63,972 nucleotides of DNA, from assembly GCA_945906765.1 (NCBI GenBank), contig CAMDRF010000003.1:1-63972 (forward strand). Reading direction: 5' to 3'. The stretch's first letter is position 1. Each line of letters begins with the position of its first letter. A program made the position numbers and the translations under genes. The stretch comes from Nitrosovibrio sp. Nv4. Its GTDB lineage: Bacteria; Pseudomonadota; Gammaproteobacteria; Burkholderiales; SG8-39. This document shows, piece after piece, positions 50,073-61,012 of the stretch. The notes below the pieces were generated by a model. The model searched no databases and was not told the origin of the DNA. It saw nothing but the letters and a program-made list of their open reading frames with translations.

Positions 50073-51407
50073 TCACCTCTTCCGTGCGAACCAGTACAAC
50101 GGAATACCCGCGAGCATGACCAACAGCCCGGCAAGCACCAGGTTGCCGAATTTCGGGCCGTACACCGGATTGAAAACGTAGGCGAGCGCCTTCCACAGCA
50201 TGAACCCGCACATGGTGCAGAAGATCAATGGAACGACGGGATAGAACGGGACCTTGAATTCGCTTTCGTCCTTGCTCTTATATCTGAAAACAAAAAGCGT
50301 TATGCCCGTCAACAGGAAAAACGTCCAGAACACCGGTGCGGTGTACGCCACCATGGCGTCGAAGCCGTCCTTGACCGTCATCGCCGCCGCGACGATCAGG
50401 ACCAGGGAGATTGCGCCCTGCAGGACGAGCGCGTTGGCCGGCGTGCTGCCGCTCTCGCGCCAGTTGCCGAGCTTTGCGAACAGCGGGAAATCGCGCCCCA
50501 TGGCGAAGTTGGTGCGCGCGCCGGTGAACACCGCCGCGTTGATGGTGGTCAGCGCCGATACGCAGACGATCAACGCCAGGATGTTCGCCCCCGTGTCCCC
50601 CGCGACCAGCCGCATCACGTCGGCGCCGACCGCTTTGGAACCCGCGACGCCGCCCTGCCCGAGCGCGACCAGGTAGCCGATATTCACCAGCAGGTACAGG
50701 ACCGTGACGGCGACGATGCCGCCGACCAGGATCTTCAGCATGTTGCGGCGCGGCTCGCGCACTTCGCCCGCGAGGTACGCCGCCTCGTTCCAGCCGCCGA
50801 AGGTGAAGAACACGAACATCATGGCGAACAAAAAATCCCCGCCTCCCGATCCCGCAGCGGCGGGTTTGGGCGGCACGGGAGTGCTGCCGACCACCATGCC
50901 GGCAACAGCGAGGAACAGCAGGCCGGCGATGAGCGCGATCTCCATCACTTTCTGCAGCGTCTTCGATTGCAGCGTACCGGCAAGATTCAGCAGCGTAAGG
51001 GCAACGACCGACAGCGCCGCGTAAATCGCCACGCTGTGCTCGCCCAGGCGCAGGATCTCGCTCGCGTACTCTCCGAATACGAAGGCGACCGCGGCAATGG
51101 CGCCCGTCTGGATCACGGTCATGCGCGACCACGCGAACAGGAACGCGACGCCGTTTCCTAGGCCATGCGCGAGAAAGGTGTACTCGCCGCCGGTTTCGGG
51201 GTGCCGCGCGGACAGCTCGGCGTATACCAGCGCGCCACACAGGGAAACCACGCCACCGAGCAGCCAGGCGAGCAGGAACTCGATGCCGCCCGAAGTGTTG
51301 CCCGCGACAATCGAAGGCGCCTTGAAGATGCCGACGCCGATTACCATCCCAATGGTGAGGAATATGCCGTCGGTAACCGAAAGCTGCTGCCGGGGAGCGG
51401 GTGTCAT
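50073..51407 (-). CDS. APC family amino acid permease
   Basis: GMVIGVGIF, YAEL..P.TGGEY, FGGWNE. Confidence 0.92.
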   Translation of the reverse strand: MTPAPRQQLSVTDGIFLTIGMVIGVGIFKAPSIVAGNTSGGIEFLLAWLLGGVVSLCGALVYAELSARHPETGGEYTFLAHGLGNGVAFLFAWSRMTVIQTGAIAAVAFVFGEYASEILRLGEHSVAIYAALSVVALTLLNLAGTLQSKTLQKVMEIALIAGLLFLAVAGMVVGSTPVPPKPAAAGSGGGDFLFAMMFVFFTFGGWNEAAYLAGEVREPRRNMLKILVGGIVAVTVLYLLVNIGYLVALGQGGVAGSKAVGADVMRLVAGDTGANILALIVCVSALTTINAAVFTGARTNFAMGRDFPLFAKLGNWRESGSTPANALVLQGAISLVLIVAAAMTVKDGFDAMVAYTAPVFWTFFLLTGITLFVFRYKSKDESEFKVPFYPVVPLIFCTMCGFMLWKALAYVFNPVYGPKFGNLVLAGLLVMLAGIPLYWFARKR

Positions 51408-52273
51408 GGTTGCCGTGTCGCCTTCCATGGAATGGTTTTTGTGTTCTCGCCGTCCGAAATCCGGATATTGCCCTCGATCCGGCCATCGGCCAGCTTGCCC
51501 GCGAACAGGGTGTTGTAGCCCTTGCCTTCGACCACGCCGGTGATCGCGAGGCGGATCTCCTCGCCGCGCAATCGCGCGCCGCGCACCACCATGTTCGCGC
51601 CGCCGGCCGAATTGCCAACCCGTGCATCCACATCCAGCACCTGGTATTTCTGCGTGACGTCGAATTGCCAGCGGCCGCCGAGCTCCTGGATCTCGGAAAT
51701 CCACCTGCCGCGCGCATCGGAGGGCACCACCCAGAGGAACACCCGCGAGCGGCCCAGCGGGCCGACCATTTTTTCCGCCAGCGCCAACTCGATCATTTCG
51801 TCGAACGGCCAGGCACCGAGGTCATAGTCGTGCGAGACGATGCGCGCGCCGGGCTTGAGCTGGGCGGTCAGGCGCGGCACGAGTTGCAGGTTCACCTCGG
51901 GCAGCAGGTACATCGTGACCACGCTGACGCCGCGCAGGTCGGTTTCGAACAGGTCCTGCACTTCGAAGGTCGCGAGCGACTCGACGCCGGCGCGCTTCGC
52001 GTTGACGCGTGCGAGGTTCACCAGCCGCGGATCAATGTCCACGCCCAGGCCTTTGGCGCCGAAGCGCTTGGCCGCCTCGATCACGATGCGCCCGTCCCCC
52101 GAGCCCAGATCCACCAGCCGGTCGCCCGCCTTGGGCTGGGCGAGGTACAGCATGCGCTCCACCACCGCGTCGGGCGAAACCACGAAAGGCGTCGTGCCGT
52201 CGTCCCAGGCCCGGATCTGCACGCTCACGGTCGCGGCAGCACAAAACAGAATCGAACAAAAGAACAATCTCAT
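51404..52273 (-). CDS. SAM-dependent methyltransferase with a signal-peptide-like N-terminus
   Basis: PFVVSP, DLGSGDGRIV, VTMYLL, RIVSHDY. Confidence 0.88.
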   Translation of the reverse strand: MRLFFCSILFCAAATVSVQIRAWDDGTTPFVVSPDAVVERMLYLAQPKAGDRLVDLGSGDGRIVIEAAKRFGAKGLGVDIDPRLVNLARVNAKRAGVESLATFEVQDLFETDLRGVSVVTMYLLPEVNLQLVPRLTAQLKPGARIVSHDYDLGAWPFDEMIELALAEKMVGPLGRSRVFLWVVPSDARGRWISEIQELGGRWQFDVTQKYQVLDVDARVGNSAGGANMVVRGARLRGEEIRLAITGVVEGKGYNTLFAGKLADGRIEGNIRISDGENTKTIPWKATRQP

Positions 52274-52294
52274 ACGGGTAAAATCCCTTCTCTC

Positions 52295-52370
52295 GCCCCG
52301 GTAGCTCAGTGGATAGAGCAGCCCCCTCCTAAGGGGCAGGTCGCACGTTCGATTCGTGTCTGGGGCGCCA
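52295..52370 (+). tRNA. tRNA-Arg(CCT)
   Basis: 76-nt cloverleaf; anticodon arm GCCCC-CT-CCT-AA-GGGGC; CCA end. Confidence 0.96.
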
Positions 52371-52418
52371 ACAGAATTCACGGTCCCGAAGTTTACCGGT
52401 CGCGCCGCGGGGAAACAC

Positions 52419-52862
52419 ATGGTATTTCACGGCAAGTGGTACGACGAGGTCAAGGTTGGCGACAGCTTCGGCACCAGCCTGACGGTGACCGAGACGCATA
52501 TCGTGCTGGGCTCCGGGATGTTCGGCGATTTCAATCCGCTGCACGTGGACGAAGAGTTCTCGAAGAAGTCGCTGTTCGGCGGCCGCATCTTGCACGGACC
52601 CTTTACCAGTGCGCTGGTCGCCTCGCCAGTCGGCAATTTCTTTGCCGGCACTGCGATCGCGTACCTCGAGCACACCTGCCGCTTCAAAGCGCCGGTGCGC
52701 GCGGGCGACACGATTACCACGAATTGGACAATCGTCGGCAAGGCCGACAAGCCGAAGCACAAGGGCGGCATTTTCGAAATGACCGCGGTAGCGACCAATC
52801 AACGAGGTGAAGTCGCGGTCGAAGCCGAAGGAAAAATTCTCGTCGCGAGTAAATCTAGCTGA
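52419..52862 (+). CDS. MaoC family dehydratase
   Basis: GDFNPLHVD, ILHG, FKAPVRAGDTI. Confidence 0.92.
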   Translation: MVFHGKWYDEVKVGDSFGTSLTVTETHIVLGSGMFGDFNPLHVDEEFSKKSLFGGRILHGPFTSALVASPVGNFFAGTAIAYLEHTCRFKAPVRAGDTITTNWTIVGKADKPKHKGGIFEMTAVATNQRGEVAVEAEGKILVASKSS

Positions 52863-53940
52863 AGCGCGCGATCCAGCGCCGGTCCAGCCAGTCCTTCCAC
52901 CACCAAGCCCACGAGCCTTCTGCGGACCAGTTACCGCGGCTGGCGACGGCGTATTTCCCGCCGCAGCTAATCAGCGCCAGCGCCTTCGATTGCGGCTGGT
53001 ACCGGTCCGGGGTTTCCCCCAGAACCGCCCGCTTCAGGTTCTTTGCCAGCAGCGCGCCCTGGCGCACCGCATACACGCCCGACTTTGGCACGTCGTCCGT
53101 GTCGAACGCGGCGCTATCGCCGGCGGCGAACACTTCCGGATGGGAGACGCTCCGCAGCGTCCGCTCGACACGAGCAAACCCTCTGCTGTCGCAAGCAATA
53201 CCGGATGCACGCAGCAACGGCGGCGGCGCAGCGCCGGCAGTCCAGAACAGTGCGTCGAAGGATTCGCTGCCGGAGGACGATGCCACCACCGGCCCGGCGT
53301 TCACGGAGAGGACCGGCGTCGCTGTGCGAAGCTGCACTCCACATTTGCGTAGCGCCCTCGCAATTCGCTCCGCGACGTCCGGCGAGAACATGTTTCTGTC
53401 GGAGAAAAGAACGACCTCCCCGGCCATGCCTCTGCTTGCCAGCGCGAACTTCATCGCCATGGCGATTTCGACGCCGCCCGCCCCCGCGCCCGCAATGGCG
53501 ATGCGCGGCGCCTTTAGCCCCTTAAGCAGCAGCTCGCTCCAACACTTCAGGAACGGTTCGAACGGTTTCGCGGCGATCGCATGCTCGCGCGCGCCCGGAG
53601 CCCCCGAAAAATCCGGCAGAGAGCCGAGATTCAGGGATGCAATGTCGTATTGAATCGCCCGGCCGTTCTCCAGCACCGCGTTTTTCGCGGCAAGATCGAT
53701 GGACGAAACGGAACCCAGGACCAGTTCCACCCCCGCCCGGGCTGCGAGCGGCGCCAGATCGATCTGCGCTTCCGCAACGGCGTAGTGGCCGGCGACCACG
53801 CCGGGAACCATCCCCGAGTAGGTGTGCAGCGATCCCGGCGTGACGAGCTTGACGTCGAGATTCCTTGAAACGAAATCGGCAAAACTCAACAGAACCAGAA
53901 CGTGCGCATGTCCGCCACCAAGCAGGACAAGCCGCCTCAC
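52855..53940 (-). CDS. FAD oxidoreductase of the type fused N-terminally to SelD in some bacteria
   Basis: LLGGGHAH, YSGMVPG, FAAGD, PKSGVYAVRQG, WKDWLDRRW. Confidence 0.85.
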   Translation of the reverse strand: MRRLVLLGGGHAHVLVLLSFADFVSRNLDVKLVTPGSLHTYSGMVPGVVAGHYAVAEAQIDLAPLAARAGVELVLGSVSSIDLAAKNAVLENGRAIQYDIASLNLGSLPDFSGAPGAREHAIAAKPFEPFLKCWSELLLKGLKAPRIAIAGAGAGGVEIAMAMKFALASRGMAGEVVLFSDRNMFSPDVAERIARALRKCGVQLRTATPVLSVNAGPVVASSSGSESFDALFWTAGAAPPPLLRASGIACDSRGFARVERTLRSVSHPEVFAAGDSAAFDTDDVPKSGVYAVRQGALLAKNLKRAVLGETPDRYQPQSKALALISCGGKYAVASRGNWSAEGSWAWWWKDWLDRRWIARFS

Positions 53941-55568
53941 GCTTTCGCGGCGAGCTTCGCCTCTTCGCGTTTGCGCAGTTCCTTCCTCTGCACCTTGCCG
54001 GTCGTGGTCATCGGCAGCGCGTCGATGAATTCGATTTCGCGCGGATACTCGTAGGGCGCGAGACGGCCGCGCACGTGGTCCTGGATCTCGTCGATCAGCG
54101 TTTGCGAAGCCGCCTGCCCCGGTTGCAGCACGATGAAAGCCTTGACGATCTGGCCGCGCGCCTCGTCGGGCTTGCCGATCACCGCGGCGTTGGCGACTGC
54201 GGGATGCTTCACGAGGCAGGACTCGATCTCCGCCGGGCCGATGCGGTAGCCGGAGGCCTTGATCACGTCGTCCGAACGCCCCTGGTACCAGAGGTAGCCG
54301 TCTTCATCCATGCGGCCCTGGTCGCCGGTGCAGCCCCAGTCGCCGAGGTACTTCTCCCGCGTCGCGTCCGGGTTTTTCCAGTACTCGAGGAAAAACACCG
54401 GGTCGTCCTTTCGATGCACCGCGATTTCCCCGAGTTCGCCGCGCGCGACCTGCTCGCCACTCTCGTTGATGACCTCGACCCGGTGCCCCGGGTACGGCCG
54501 GCCGATCGAGCCGGGCTTCACCGGCCAGGCCGCCTGGCAGTTGCCGACCACGTAGTTGATTTCGGTCTGGCCGAACATCTCGTTGATGGTGACGCCGAGC
54601 TGCTCGCGCGCCCATTCGATGACGGTGGCGCCGACCGATTCGCCGGCGCTCATGACGGAGCGCAGGTTCAGGTCATATTTTTTCTTCGGCTCCGGCACCG
54701 CCTTCATCATCAGCTTCAGGGCGGTCGGAAACAGGAACGAATTCCGGATGCCGTACTTCTCGATCAGGTAGTAGGCCTTCTCGGCGTCGAAGCGCCCCCG
54801 ATAGCCGAGGATCGGGATACCGAAGTTCCAGCTGGGTAGCAGCGCGTCAAACAGCCCACCGGCCCACGCCCAGTCCGCCGGCGACCAGAACATATCGCCG
54901 GGCTGCGGCAAGAAATCGTGCGAGTAGATGAAGCCCGGAAGGTTGCCGATCAGCAGCCGGTGCGCTTGCAGCGCGCCCTTGGGCGGCCCGGTGGTGCCGC
55001 TGGTGTAGATGATCAGCGCCGGATCATCTGCAGACGTATCTGTTTTTTCGAATTCGCTTTTTGCTTTCTGAATCAAAGTTTCATACGCATGAACGCCCGT
55101 CTCGCGTGCGCCCCCGACCCCGATCACGTGCTTCAGCTCCGGCAGCTTGTCGCGCACCGCCCAGAGGTTCGCGATGGTGGTGGGTTCGACCAAGACGACG
55201 CTGGCGCCGGCGAAGGCCATGCGGTACTCGAGCGCGTCAGGCCCGAACAGGTGGGACAGCGGCAACGCGATGGCTCCCATCTGGAAGATGGCCATGTAGG
55301 CGATCGCCATCTCGGGCCGCTGCGGCAGGATGAGCGCGACGCGGTCGCCGCGCTTCACGCCGAGCGCCACCAGCGCGTTCGACAGCCGATTTGCTTCCCG
55401 CTGGATGTCCCAGAACGTGTACTTCGCGGTCTCGCCCGATTCGTCTTCCCAGTACAGCGCGAAGCGTGACCGGTCGGCGGCCCAGCGGCCGCAGCAGGCT
55501 TGCGCGATGTTGTACCGGGCCGGCACCTGCCAGCGCCAGCTGCCGTACAACTCCGCGTAACGGTTCAT
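53937..55568 (-). CDS. Acyl-CoA synthetase (AMP-forming)
   Basis: YTSGTTGPPKG, FGQTE, GRSDDVIK, TGK. Confidence 0.94.
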   Translation of the reverse strand: MNRYAELYGSWRWQVPARYNIAQACCGRWAADRSRFALYWEDESGETAKYTFWDIQREANRLSNALVALGVKRGDRVALILPQRPEMAIAYMAIFQMGAIALPLSHLFGPDALEYRMAFAGASVVLVEPTTIANLWAVRDKLPELKHVIGVGGARETGVHAYETLIQKAKSEFEKTDTSADDPALIIYTSGTTGPPKGALQAHRLLIGNLPGFIYSHDFLPQPGDMFWSPADWAWAGGLFDALLPSWNFGIPILGYRGRFDAEKAYYLIEKYGIRNSFLFPTALKLMMKAVPEPKKKYDLNLRSVMSAGESVGATVIEWAREQLGVTINEMFGQTEINYVVGNCQAAWPVKPGSIGRPYPGHRVEVINESGEQVARGELGEIAVHRKDDPVFFLEYWKNPDATREKYLGDWGCTGDQGRMDEDGYLWYQGRSDDVIKASGYRIGPAEIESCLVKHPAVANAAVIGKPDEARGQIVKAFIVLQPGQAASQTLIDEIQDHVRGRLAPYEYPREIEFIDALPMTTTGKVQRKELRKREEAKLAAKA

Positions 55569-55915
55569 TTTTTCGCGGCCGGGACCGGTTGCGCGATGCT
55601 CTCGGAGAACTTCAGTTTCTCGGGATTGATCGGGGGCTCCTTCGCAGGCTGGAGTGCCGGCGGCGCGACGGCCGGCGCCTCGGACGCTGTCGATGCGGCA
55701 TCTGCGCCGCCCGAAGGCGCGATGACTCCGTGCGCGCTCTGCTTCTCGCTCGCCGGCGCCTTCCCCTTGGCTTTGGCCGCGGCTTCGAACGCCGCATTCA
55801 CGATCAGCGGCGGCGGGTTAAGCTGGTAAATAATCCACACCGTGCAGCCGACCGAAAACGTCATCGCGATCGCCAGGAAGCGCCACATCCACTCGCCGAG
55901 TTTGGTTTTGCTCAT
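55565..55915 (-). CDS. Hypothetical membrane-anchored protein
   Basis: One TM helix and an Ala/Pro-rich tail; ATGA overlap with the acyl-CoA synthetase. Confidence 0.7.
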   Translation of the reverse strand: MSKTKLGEWMWRFLAIAMTFSVGCTVWIIYQLNPPPLIVNAAFEAAAKAKGKAPASEKQSAHGVIAPSGGADAASTASEAPAVAPPALQPAKEPPINPEKLKFSESIAQPVPAAKK

Positions 55916-55971
55916 GATCCTTCTGAAGTTTAGCATCGAAACCGAAATTCCCTAAGGATACGGGAGCTTAG

Positions 55972-56514
55972 ATGAAGTTTTGCCCAAATTGCGCGGCGCC
56001 AATCACGCAGCGGGTGCCCCCGGGAGATTCGGTGCCGCGCGACCTGTGCGACGCCTGCGGCAGCATCCACTACCAGAATCCCAAGCTGGTGGTCGGCTGC
56101 GTGCCTGTATGGGAGGACGGCAGGCGGGAGGGCAGGATTCTCCTCTGCAGGCGCGCGATCGAGCCGCGTTACGGCTACTGGACGCTGCCAGCCGGGTTCA
56201 TGGAGAACGGCGAATCCACTGGCCAGGGCGCGGCGCGCGAAACACTGGAGGAAGCCGGCGCACGCGTCGAACTGACGGCGCCGTTCAGCATGATCTCGGT
56301 GCCCTACGTCAACCAGGTCCACCTGTTCTACCGGGCGCGCTTGCTGGATCTTGAATTCAAGCCCGGGGAGGAGAGCCTGGAGGTCGCGTTGTTCGAGGAA
56401 GCCAGGATGCCTTGGAAGGACATCGCCTTTCGCACCGTGGGCCTGACCCTGAAGCATTGGTTCGCCGACCGTACGCGCGGCAGCTATGGTTTCCACGCCG
56501 AGGATGTAAAGTAG
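55972..56514 (+). CDS. Zn-ribbon NUDIX hydrolase
   Basis: FCPNC..CDAC..YQNP; Nudix box [22 protein letters not shown]. Confidence 0.93.
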   Translation: MKFCPNCAAPITQRVPPGDSVPRDLCDACGSIHYQNPKLVVGCVPVWEDGRREGRILLCRRAIEPRYGYWTLPAGFMENGESTGQGAARETLEEAGARVELTAPFSMISVPYVNQVHLFYRARLLDLEFKPGEESLEVALFEEARMPWKDIAFRTVGLTLKHWFADRTRGSYGFHAEDVK

Positions 56515-56550
56515 CGGAGTTTTGCTATCAAATTTAGGGGGAAGTTCTCG

Positions 56551-57846
56551 ATGAAGATGCGTCTGGTCACCAATTTCCTGCTGCTGCTTGCCTACGCGCC
56601 GTTCGCCGGGGCGGCTGAACCCGCCAAACTGGATCCCGCCAATACCGCATGGATGATCACGGCCACGGTACTGGTCCTGTTCATGACCCTGCCCGGCCTG
56701 GCTCTGTTCTACGGCGGCCTGGTGCGCGCGAAGAACGTCCTTTCGGTCCTGATGCAGTGTTTTGCCATTACCTGCATGGTGACGCTGGCCTGGGTCATCG
56801 CCGGCTACAGCATTGCTTTCGGCGATGGCGGCACGCTTAACGCCTGGTACGGCGGTTTCGACAAGAGTTTCCTCTCGGGCATCACGGTCGCCACGCTCAA
56901 AGGCACGATCCCGGAGACCGTGTTCGCGATGTTTCAGCTGACCTTCGCGATCATCACCCCGGCGCTGGTGATCGGCGCCTACGCGGAGCGAGTGCGTTTT
57001 TCCGGCATGCTGCTGTTCAGCCTGCTCTGGCTGCTGCTGGTCTATTGCCCCGTCGCCCACTGGGTCTGGGGCGATGGCTGGCTGCAGAAAATGGGTTTGA
57101 TGGATTTCGCCGGCGGCACCGTGGTGCACCTGAATGCCGGCATCGCGGCACTGGTCTGCGCGCTGGTCCTCGGGCGCAGGAAGGGCTTCCCGGAATCGCC
57201 CATGCCGCCGCACAACATGACGATGACGGTCACCGGCGCATGCATGCTGTGGGTAGGCTGGTTCGGCTTCAATGCCGGCAGCGCGCTCGCCGCCGATGGC
57301 GCGGCAGGCATGGCGATGCTGGTGACGCACATCGGCGCGGCAACCGGATCGCTCGCCTGGCTCACCTGCGAGTGGCTGCGCTACGGCAAGCCCTCGGTGC
57401 TCGGCATCGTCACCGGCATGGTGGCGGGCCTGGGCACCATCACCCCGGCCTCCGGCTTCGTCGGCCCGATGGGTGCGATCGCGATCGGCGGCATCGCCGG
57501 GGTGGCCTGCTTCTTCGCCACCAGCTGGATGAAGCGCTCGCTGAAAATCGATGACTCGCTGGACGTGACCCCGGTGCACGGCGTGGGCGGCGTGATCGGT
57601 ACCCTGCTTACAGGCGTGTTCGCGGCGACGAGCCTGGGCGGCGTGGGATATGCCGAGGGCATGACGATGGAAAAGCAGGTGATGGTGCAGATCACCGGCA
57701 TCCTCGCCGTCGGCGCCTGGTCGGGCATCGTCACCTGGGTGCTGCTCAAGCTTAGCGACGCGTTCACCGGCATGCGCGTCAGCGGCGACGAAGAGACCGA
57801 GGGCCTGGACACGGCGCAGCACAATGAGAAGGGCTACAATTTGTAG
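56551..57846 (+). CDS. amtB: Ammonium transporter
   Basis: FQLTFAIIT, DFAGGTVVH, WFGFNAGS, IDDSLDV..VHG. Confidence 0.95.
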   Translation: MKMRLVTNFLLLLAYAPFAGAAEPAKLDPANTAWMITATVLVLFMTLPGLALFYGGLVRAKNVLSVLMQCFAITCMVTLAWVIAGYSIAFGDGGTLNAWYGGFDKSFLSGITVATLKGTIPETVFAMFQLTFAIITPALVIGAYAERVRFSGMLLFSLLWLLLVYCPVAHWVWGDGWLQKMGLMDFAGGTVVHLNAGIAALVCALVLGRRKGFPESPMPPHNMTMTVTGACMLWVGWFGFNAGSALAADGAAGMAMLVTHIGAATGSLAWLTCEWLRYGKPSVLGIVTGMVAGLGTITPASGFVGPMGAIAIGGIAGVACFFATSWMKRSLKIDDSLDVTPVHGVGGVIGTLLTGVFAATSLGGVGYAEGMTMEKQVMVQITGILAVGAWSGIVTWVLLKLSDAFTGMRVSGDEETEGLDTAQHNEKGYNL

Positions 57847-57848
57847 CC

Positions 57849-58541
57849 ATGCAGCGCCGTGAATTCGTCAAGTTTTGCGCGGCATCCGCCACTGCGGCGA
57901 GGGTGCCGGCGGTTGCCGCCGCGGATGCCACGCCGAAGTTCTACGGCCGGGTAAAGCTCATCGGCAGCAACGGCGCGCCGCTCAAGGCGGCGGCAGTTCC
58001 TGTCGAGCGCAACCTGATATTCCACTACCCGTTCGCGGCAACGCCCTGCTTCCTGCTCAATCTCGCTCGCCCGGCCCTGGCCGCGCGCCTGGTCACCGCC
58101 GACCAGCGCGCCTACGAATGGCAAGGCGGGCTCGGCCCGCGCCGCTCGATCGTGGCCTACTCGGCGATCTGCGCCCACCAGCTCGCCTACCCCACCAGGG
58201 AGATCAGCTTCATCAGCTACCGCGTCGAGAAAAGCCCGCGCAACAGGCACGGCAACGTGATTCATTGCTGCGCCGAGCACAGCCAGTACGACCCAGCCGA
58301 GGGCGCGCGCGTGCTCGCCGGTCCCGCGCCGCAGCCGCTGGCTGCCATCCTGCTCGAACACGACGCAAATACCGATGAACTGACCGCGGTCGGCACGCTA
58401 GGCGGCGAGATGTTCAACCAGTTCTTCGTCAAATACGACGTCAAGCTGTCGCTCGAGGGCGGCGCGCCACGCGCCTCGAGCGACACCACCAGCGTCGTGC
58501 ACGAGCTGGAGAACTACTGCCGGCAGCAGGTGAAGTGCTGA
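57849..58541 (+). CDS. Tat-exported Rieske-type [2Fe-2S] protein
   Basis: RREFVK twin-arginine motif; SAICAH, CAEHSQYD, GPAPQPL. Confidence 0.85.
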   Translation: MQRREFVKFCAASATAARVPAVAAADATPKFYGRVKLIGSNGAPLKAAAVPVERNLIFHYPFAATPCFLLNLARPALAARLVTADQRAYEWQGGLGPRRSIVAYSAICAHQLAYPTREISFISYRVEKSPRNRHGNVIHCCAEHSQYDPAEGARVLAGPAPQPLAAILLEHDANTDELTAVGTLGGEMFNQFFVKYDVKLSLEGGAPRASSDTTSVVHELENYCRQQVKC

Positions 58542-59245
58542 CCTGGCTGGAAAGGAATGATCCTTTCCCCCCGGTAGAGGCAGCGCTGAGGGAACCCAAC
58601 GGGCTGCTGTGCGCAGGCGCCGATCTTTCGGCCGCGCGGCTGGTGGCCGCCTATCGCCGCGGCATCTTTCCCTGGTATTCGGGCGGCGAGCCGATCCTGT
58701 GGTGGTCGCCGGACCCGCGCATGGTGTTGTTTTGCGATGCGCTGAAAGTCTCGCGCTCTCTCGCCAAGAACCTTCGCAACAAAGGTTTTGAAACAAGAAT
58801 TGATTTCGCCTTTTCCAGGGTAATCAACGCTTGCGCAGAACCAAGGAAAGGCGAACCCGGCACCTGGATCGGCAAGGAAATGCAGGCTGCCTACGTGGCG
58901 CTGCACCGCGCCGGCCACGCCCACTCCGTCGAAACCTGGCTGGACGACCGGCTGGTCGGCGGGCTCTACGGCGTCGCCATCGGCCGCGCGTTCTTCGGCG
59001 AATCGATGTTTTCCCGGGCGACGGACGCCTCCAAAGTGGCGCTGGTGGCGCTGGTCGAGGAACTGCGCAGGCGCGGCATCCCGATGATCGACTGCCAGCA
59101 GCGCACCCCGCTGCTGGCCTCGCTGGGCGCGCGCCAGATCCCACGGCGCCAGTTTTTACGCCGAATCGCGGCATTGGTAAACTATCCCGGACCACCGGGA
59201 ATCTGGATCAGGAAGGGAACTGCGTCGACACATGTCTCGGCTTAA
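58535..59245 (+). CDS. aat: Leucyl/phenylalanyl-tRNA-protein transferase
   Basis: [32 protein letters not shown]. Confidence 0.95.
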   Translation: MLTWLERNDPFPPVEAALREPNGLLCAGADLSAARLVAAYRRGIFPWYSGGEPILWWSPDPRMVLFCDALKVSRSLAKNLRNKGFETRIDFAFSRVINACAEPRKGEPGTWIGKEMQAAYVALHRAGHAHSVETWLDDRLVGGLYGVAIGRAFFGESMFSRATDASKVALVALVEELRRRGIPMIDCQQRTPLLASLGARQIPRRQFLRRIAALVNYPGPPGIWIRKGTASTHVSA

Positions 59246-59969
59246 CGACCTACCGCATGCAGTACTGCAGTTCTACGTGACCGCGCCTTACCCGTGCAGC
59301 TACCTGCCCGAGCGCATGGCGCGCTCGCAGGTGGCGACGCCGAGCCACCTCATCAATACCGAGCTCTACGGCGAACTGGTGAAAGCCGGTTTCCGCCGCA
59401 GCGGCATCTTCACCTACCGGCCGCATTGCGACAGCTGCCGTGCCTGCGTTCCGGTGCGCATTCCGGTGCAGGAGTTCAGCGCCGCGCGCTCGCAGCGGCG
59501 CGCGTGGCAGCAGCACGCCGAGCTCACGGCCCAGGCGCTGCCGCTCAAGTTCCGCCTCGAGCACTACGCTTTGTACCTGCGCTACCAGTCGCGGCGCCAT
59601 TCCGGCGGCGGCATGGACAACGACAGCCGCGACCAGTACTCGCACTTCCTGCTGCAGAGCCGGGTGGACACGCGCCTGATGGAATTTCGCGACAACGGGC
59701 AACTGGTGATGGTATCGATCATGGATTACCTGCCCGATGGCTTGTCGTCGGTCTACACCTTCTTCGATCCGGAGCGCAGCAACGCAAGCTTCGGCACCTA
59801 CAACGTGCTCTGGCAGATCGAAGCCTGCCGCGCACTGGGTCTGCCCTACCTGTACCTGGGCTACTGGATCAGGGAAAGCCCGAAGATGGCGTACAAATCG
59901 CGCTTCGTGCCGATCGAAGGCTTCGTCGGCGGCGAATGGCGCCGATTTGCGCCGAAGGACCTGGAATGA
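59232..59969 (+). CDS. bpt: Asp/Glu-specific leucyltransferase (bacterial ATE1 homologue)
   Basis: [39 protein letters not shown]. Confidence 0.92.
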   Translation: MSRLNDLPHAVLQFYVTAPYPCSYLPERMARSQVATPSHLINTELYGELVKAGFRRSGIFTYRPHCDSCRACVPVRIPVQEFSAARSQRRAWQQHAELTAQALPLKFRLEHYALYLRYQSRRHSGGGMDNDSRDQYSHFLLQSRVDTRLMEFRDNGQLVMVSIMDYLPDGLSSVYTFFDPERSNASFGTYNVLWQIEACRALGLPYLYLGYWIRESPKMAYKSRFVPIEGFVGGEWRRFAPKDLE

Positions 59970-61012
59970 GGGTGCTGTACGCGCTTGCACGCCCTCTGCT
60001 CTTCGCGCTCGATCCGGAAACAGCCCATCGACTCACCCTGAGTCTGGCGGACGCCGCGCACGCGGCGGGACTGTCCGGTCTTTACGCCAAACATCTATCA
60101 AGCCCGGTGCGCGCCATGGGTCTTGATTTCCCGAACCCCGTCGGACTGGCCGCCGGCCTCGACAAGCACGCGGAACACGTCGCATCGCTATCCGCGCTTG
60201 GCTTCGGCTTTCTCGAGCTTGGCGGCGTGACGCCGCAGCCGCAGCCCGGCAATCCCAGGCCGCGCCTGTTCCGCGTTCCGGAGGCGCGGGCGCTGATCAA
60301 CCGGTACGGATTGAACAGCGTCGGGATTGACGCCTTTGTTTCTAATCTTTCCCGTATCCAGAGGAAAAGCATCATCGGTGTAAACATCGGCAAGAACAAG
60401 GACACGCCGAACGACAGGGCCGCCGACGACTACGAGGCCTGCCTGGAAAAGCTCTACCCGCACGTCGACTACGTGACGCTGAACGTTTCTTCGCCCAATA
60501 CGCAAGGACTGCGGGAACTGCAAAACGCTGAAGCTCTTGCCGATTTGATTAAAAAAGTAAGAAACAAACGTGAAAAACTGCGCGACAAGCACGGGCGCAA
60601 CGTCGCCCTGGCGCTGAAGATCGCGCCGGATCTGGACGACGCGCAGATTCGCGCCATCGCGGCGGTCGCGCGGCGGGAGCAGATCGACGGCATCGTTGCG
60701 ACGAATACGACTGTTTCACGCGAATCTGTAATGCAGTATCCTTTTGGCAAGGAACAAGGCGGCTTGTCGGGCGCTCCGCTGCGCGAGCGCTCGACGCGCG
60801 TGCTGAAAGTCCTGTCACAGGAACTGCAGGGCGAAATTCCCCTGATCGGCGTCGGCGGCATCCTTTGCGGCGCGGATGCGGTGGAGAAGCTCGATGCCGG
60901 CGCGACGCTGGTACAGATTTACAGCGGCCTCATCTATCGGGGCCCGCAACTGATAAGCGAATGCATGAAGGCAATTCGCGATGCCAAAGAGAACCGCAGT
61001 CGCACTGATTGA
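59966..61012 (+). CDS. pyrD: Dihydroorotate dehydrogenase (quinone)
   Basis: [31 protein letters not shown]. Confidence 0.96.
   Translation: MRVLYALARPLLFALDPETAHRLTLSLADAAHAAGLSGLYAKHLSSPVRAMGLDFPNPVGLAAGLDKHAEHVASLSALGFGFLELGGVTPQPQPGNPRPRLFRVPEARALINRYGLNSVGIDAFVSNLSRIQRKSIIGVNIGKNKDTPNDRAADDYEACLEKLYPHVDYVTLNVSSPNTQGLRELQNAEALADLIKKVRNKREKLRDKHGRNVALALKIAPDLDDAQIRAIAAVARREQIDGIVATNTTVSRESVMQYPFGKEQGGLSGAPLRERSTRVLKVLSQELQGEIPLIGVGGILCGADAVEKLDAGATLVQIYSGLIYRGPQLISECMKAIRDAKENRSRTD

Noticed and set aside
52295-52420. tRNA-Arg (and tRNA-Leu) as island integration sites
   Set aside because: No adjacent integrase, and I saw no duplicated tRNA 3' end in the window.
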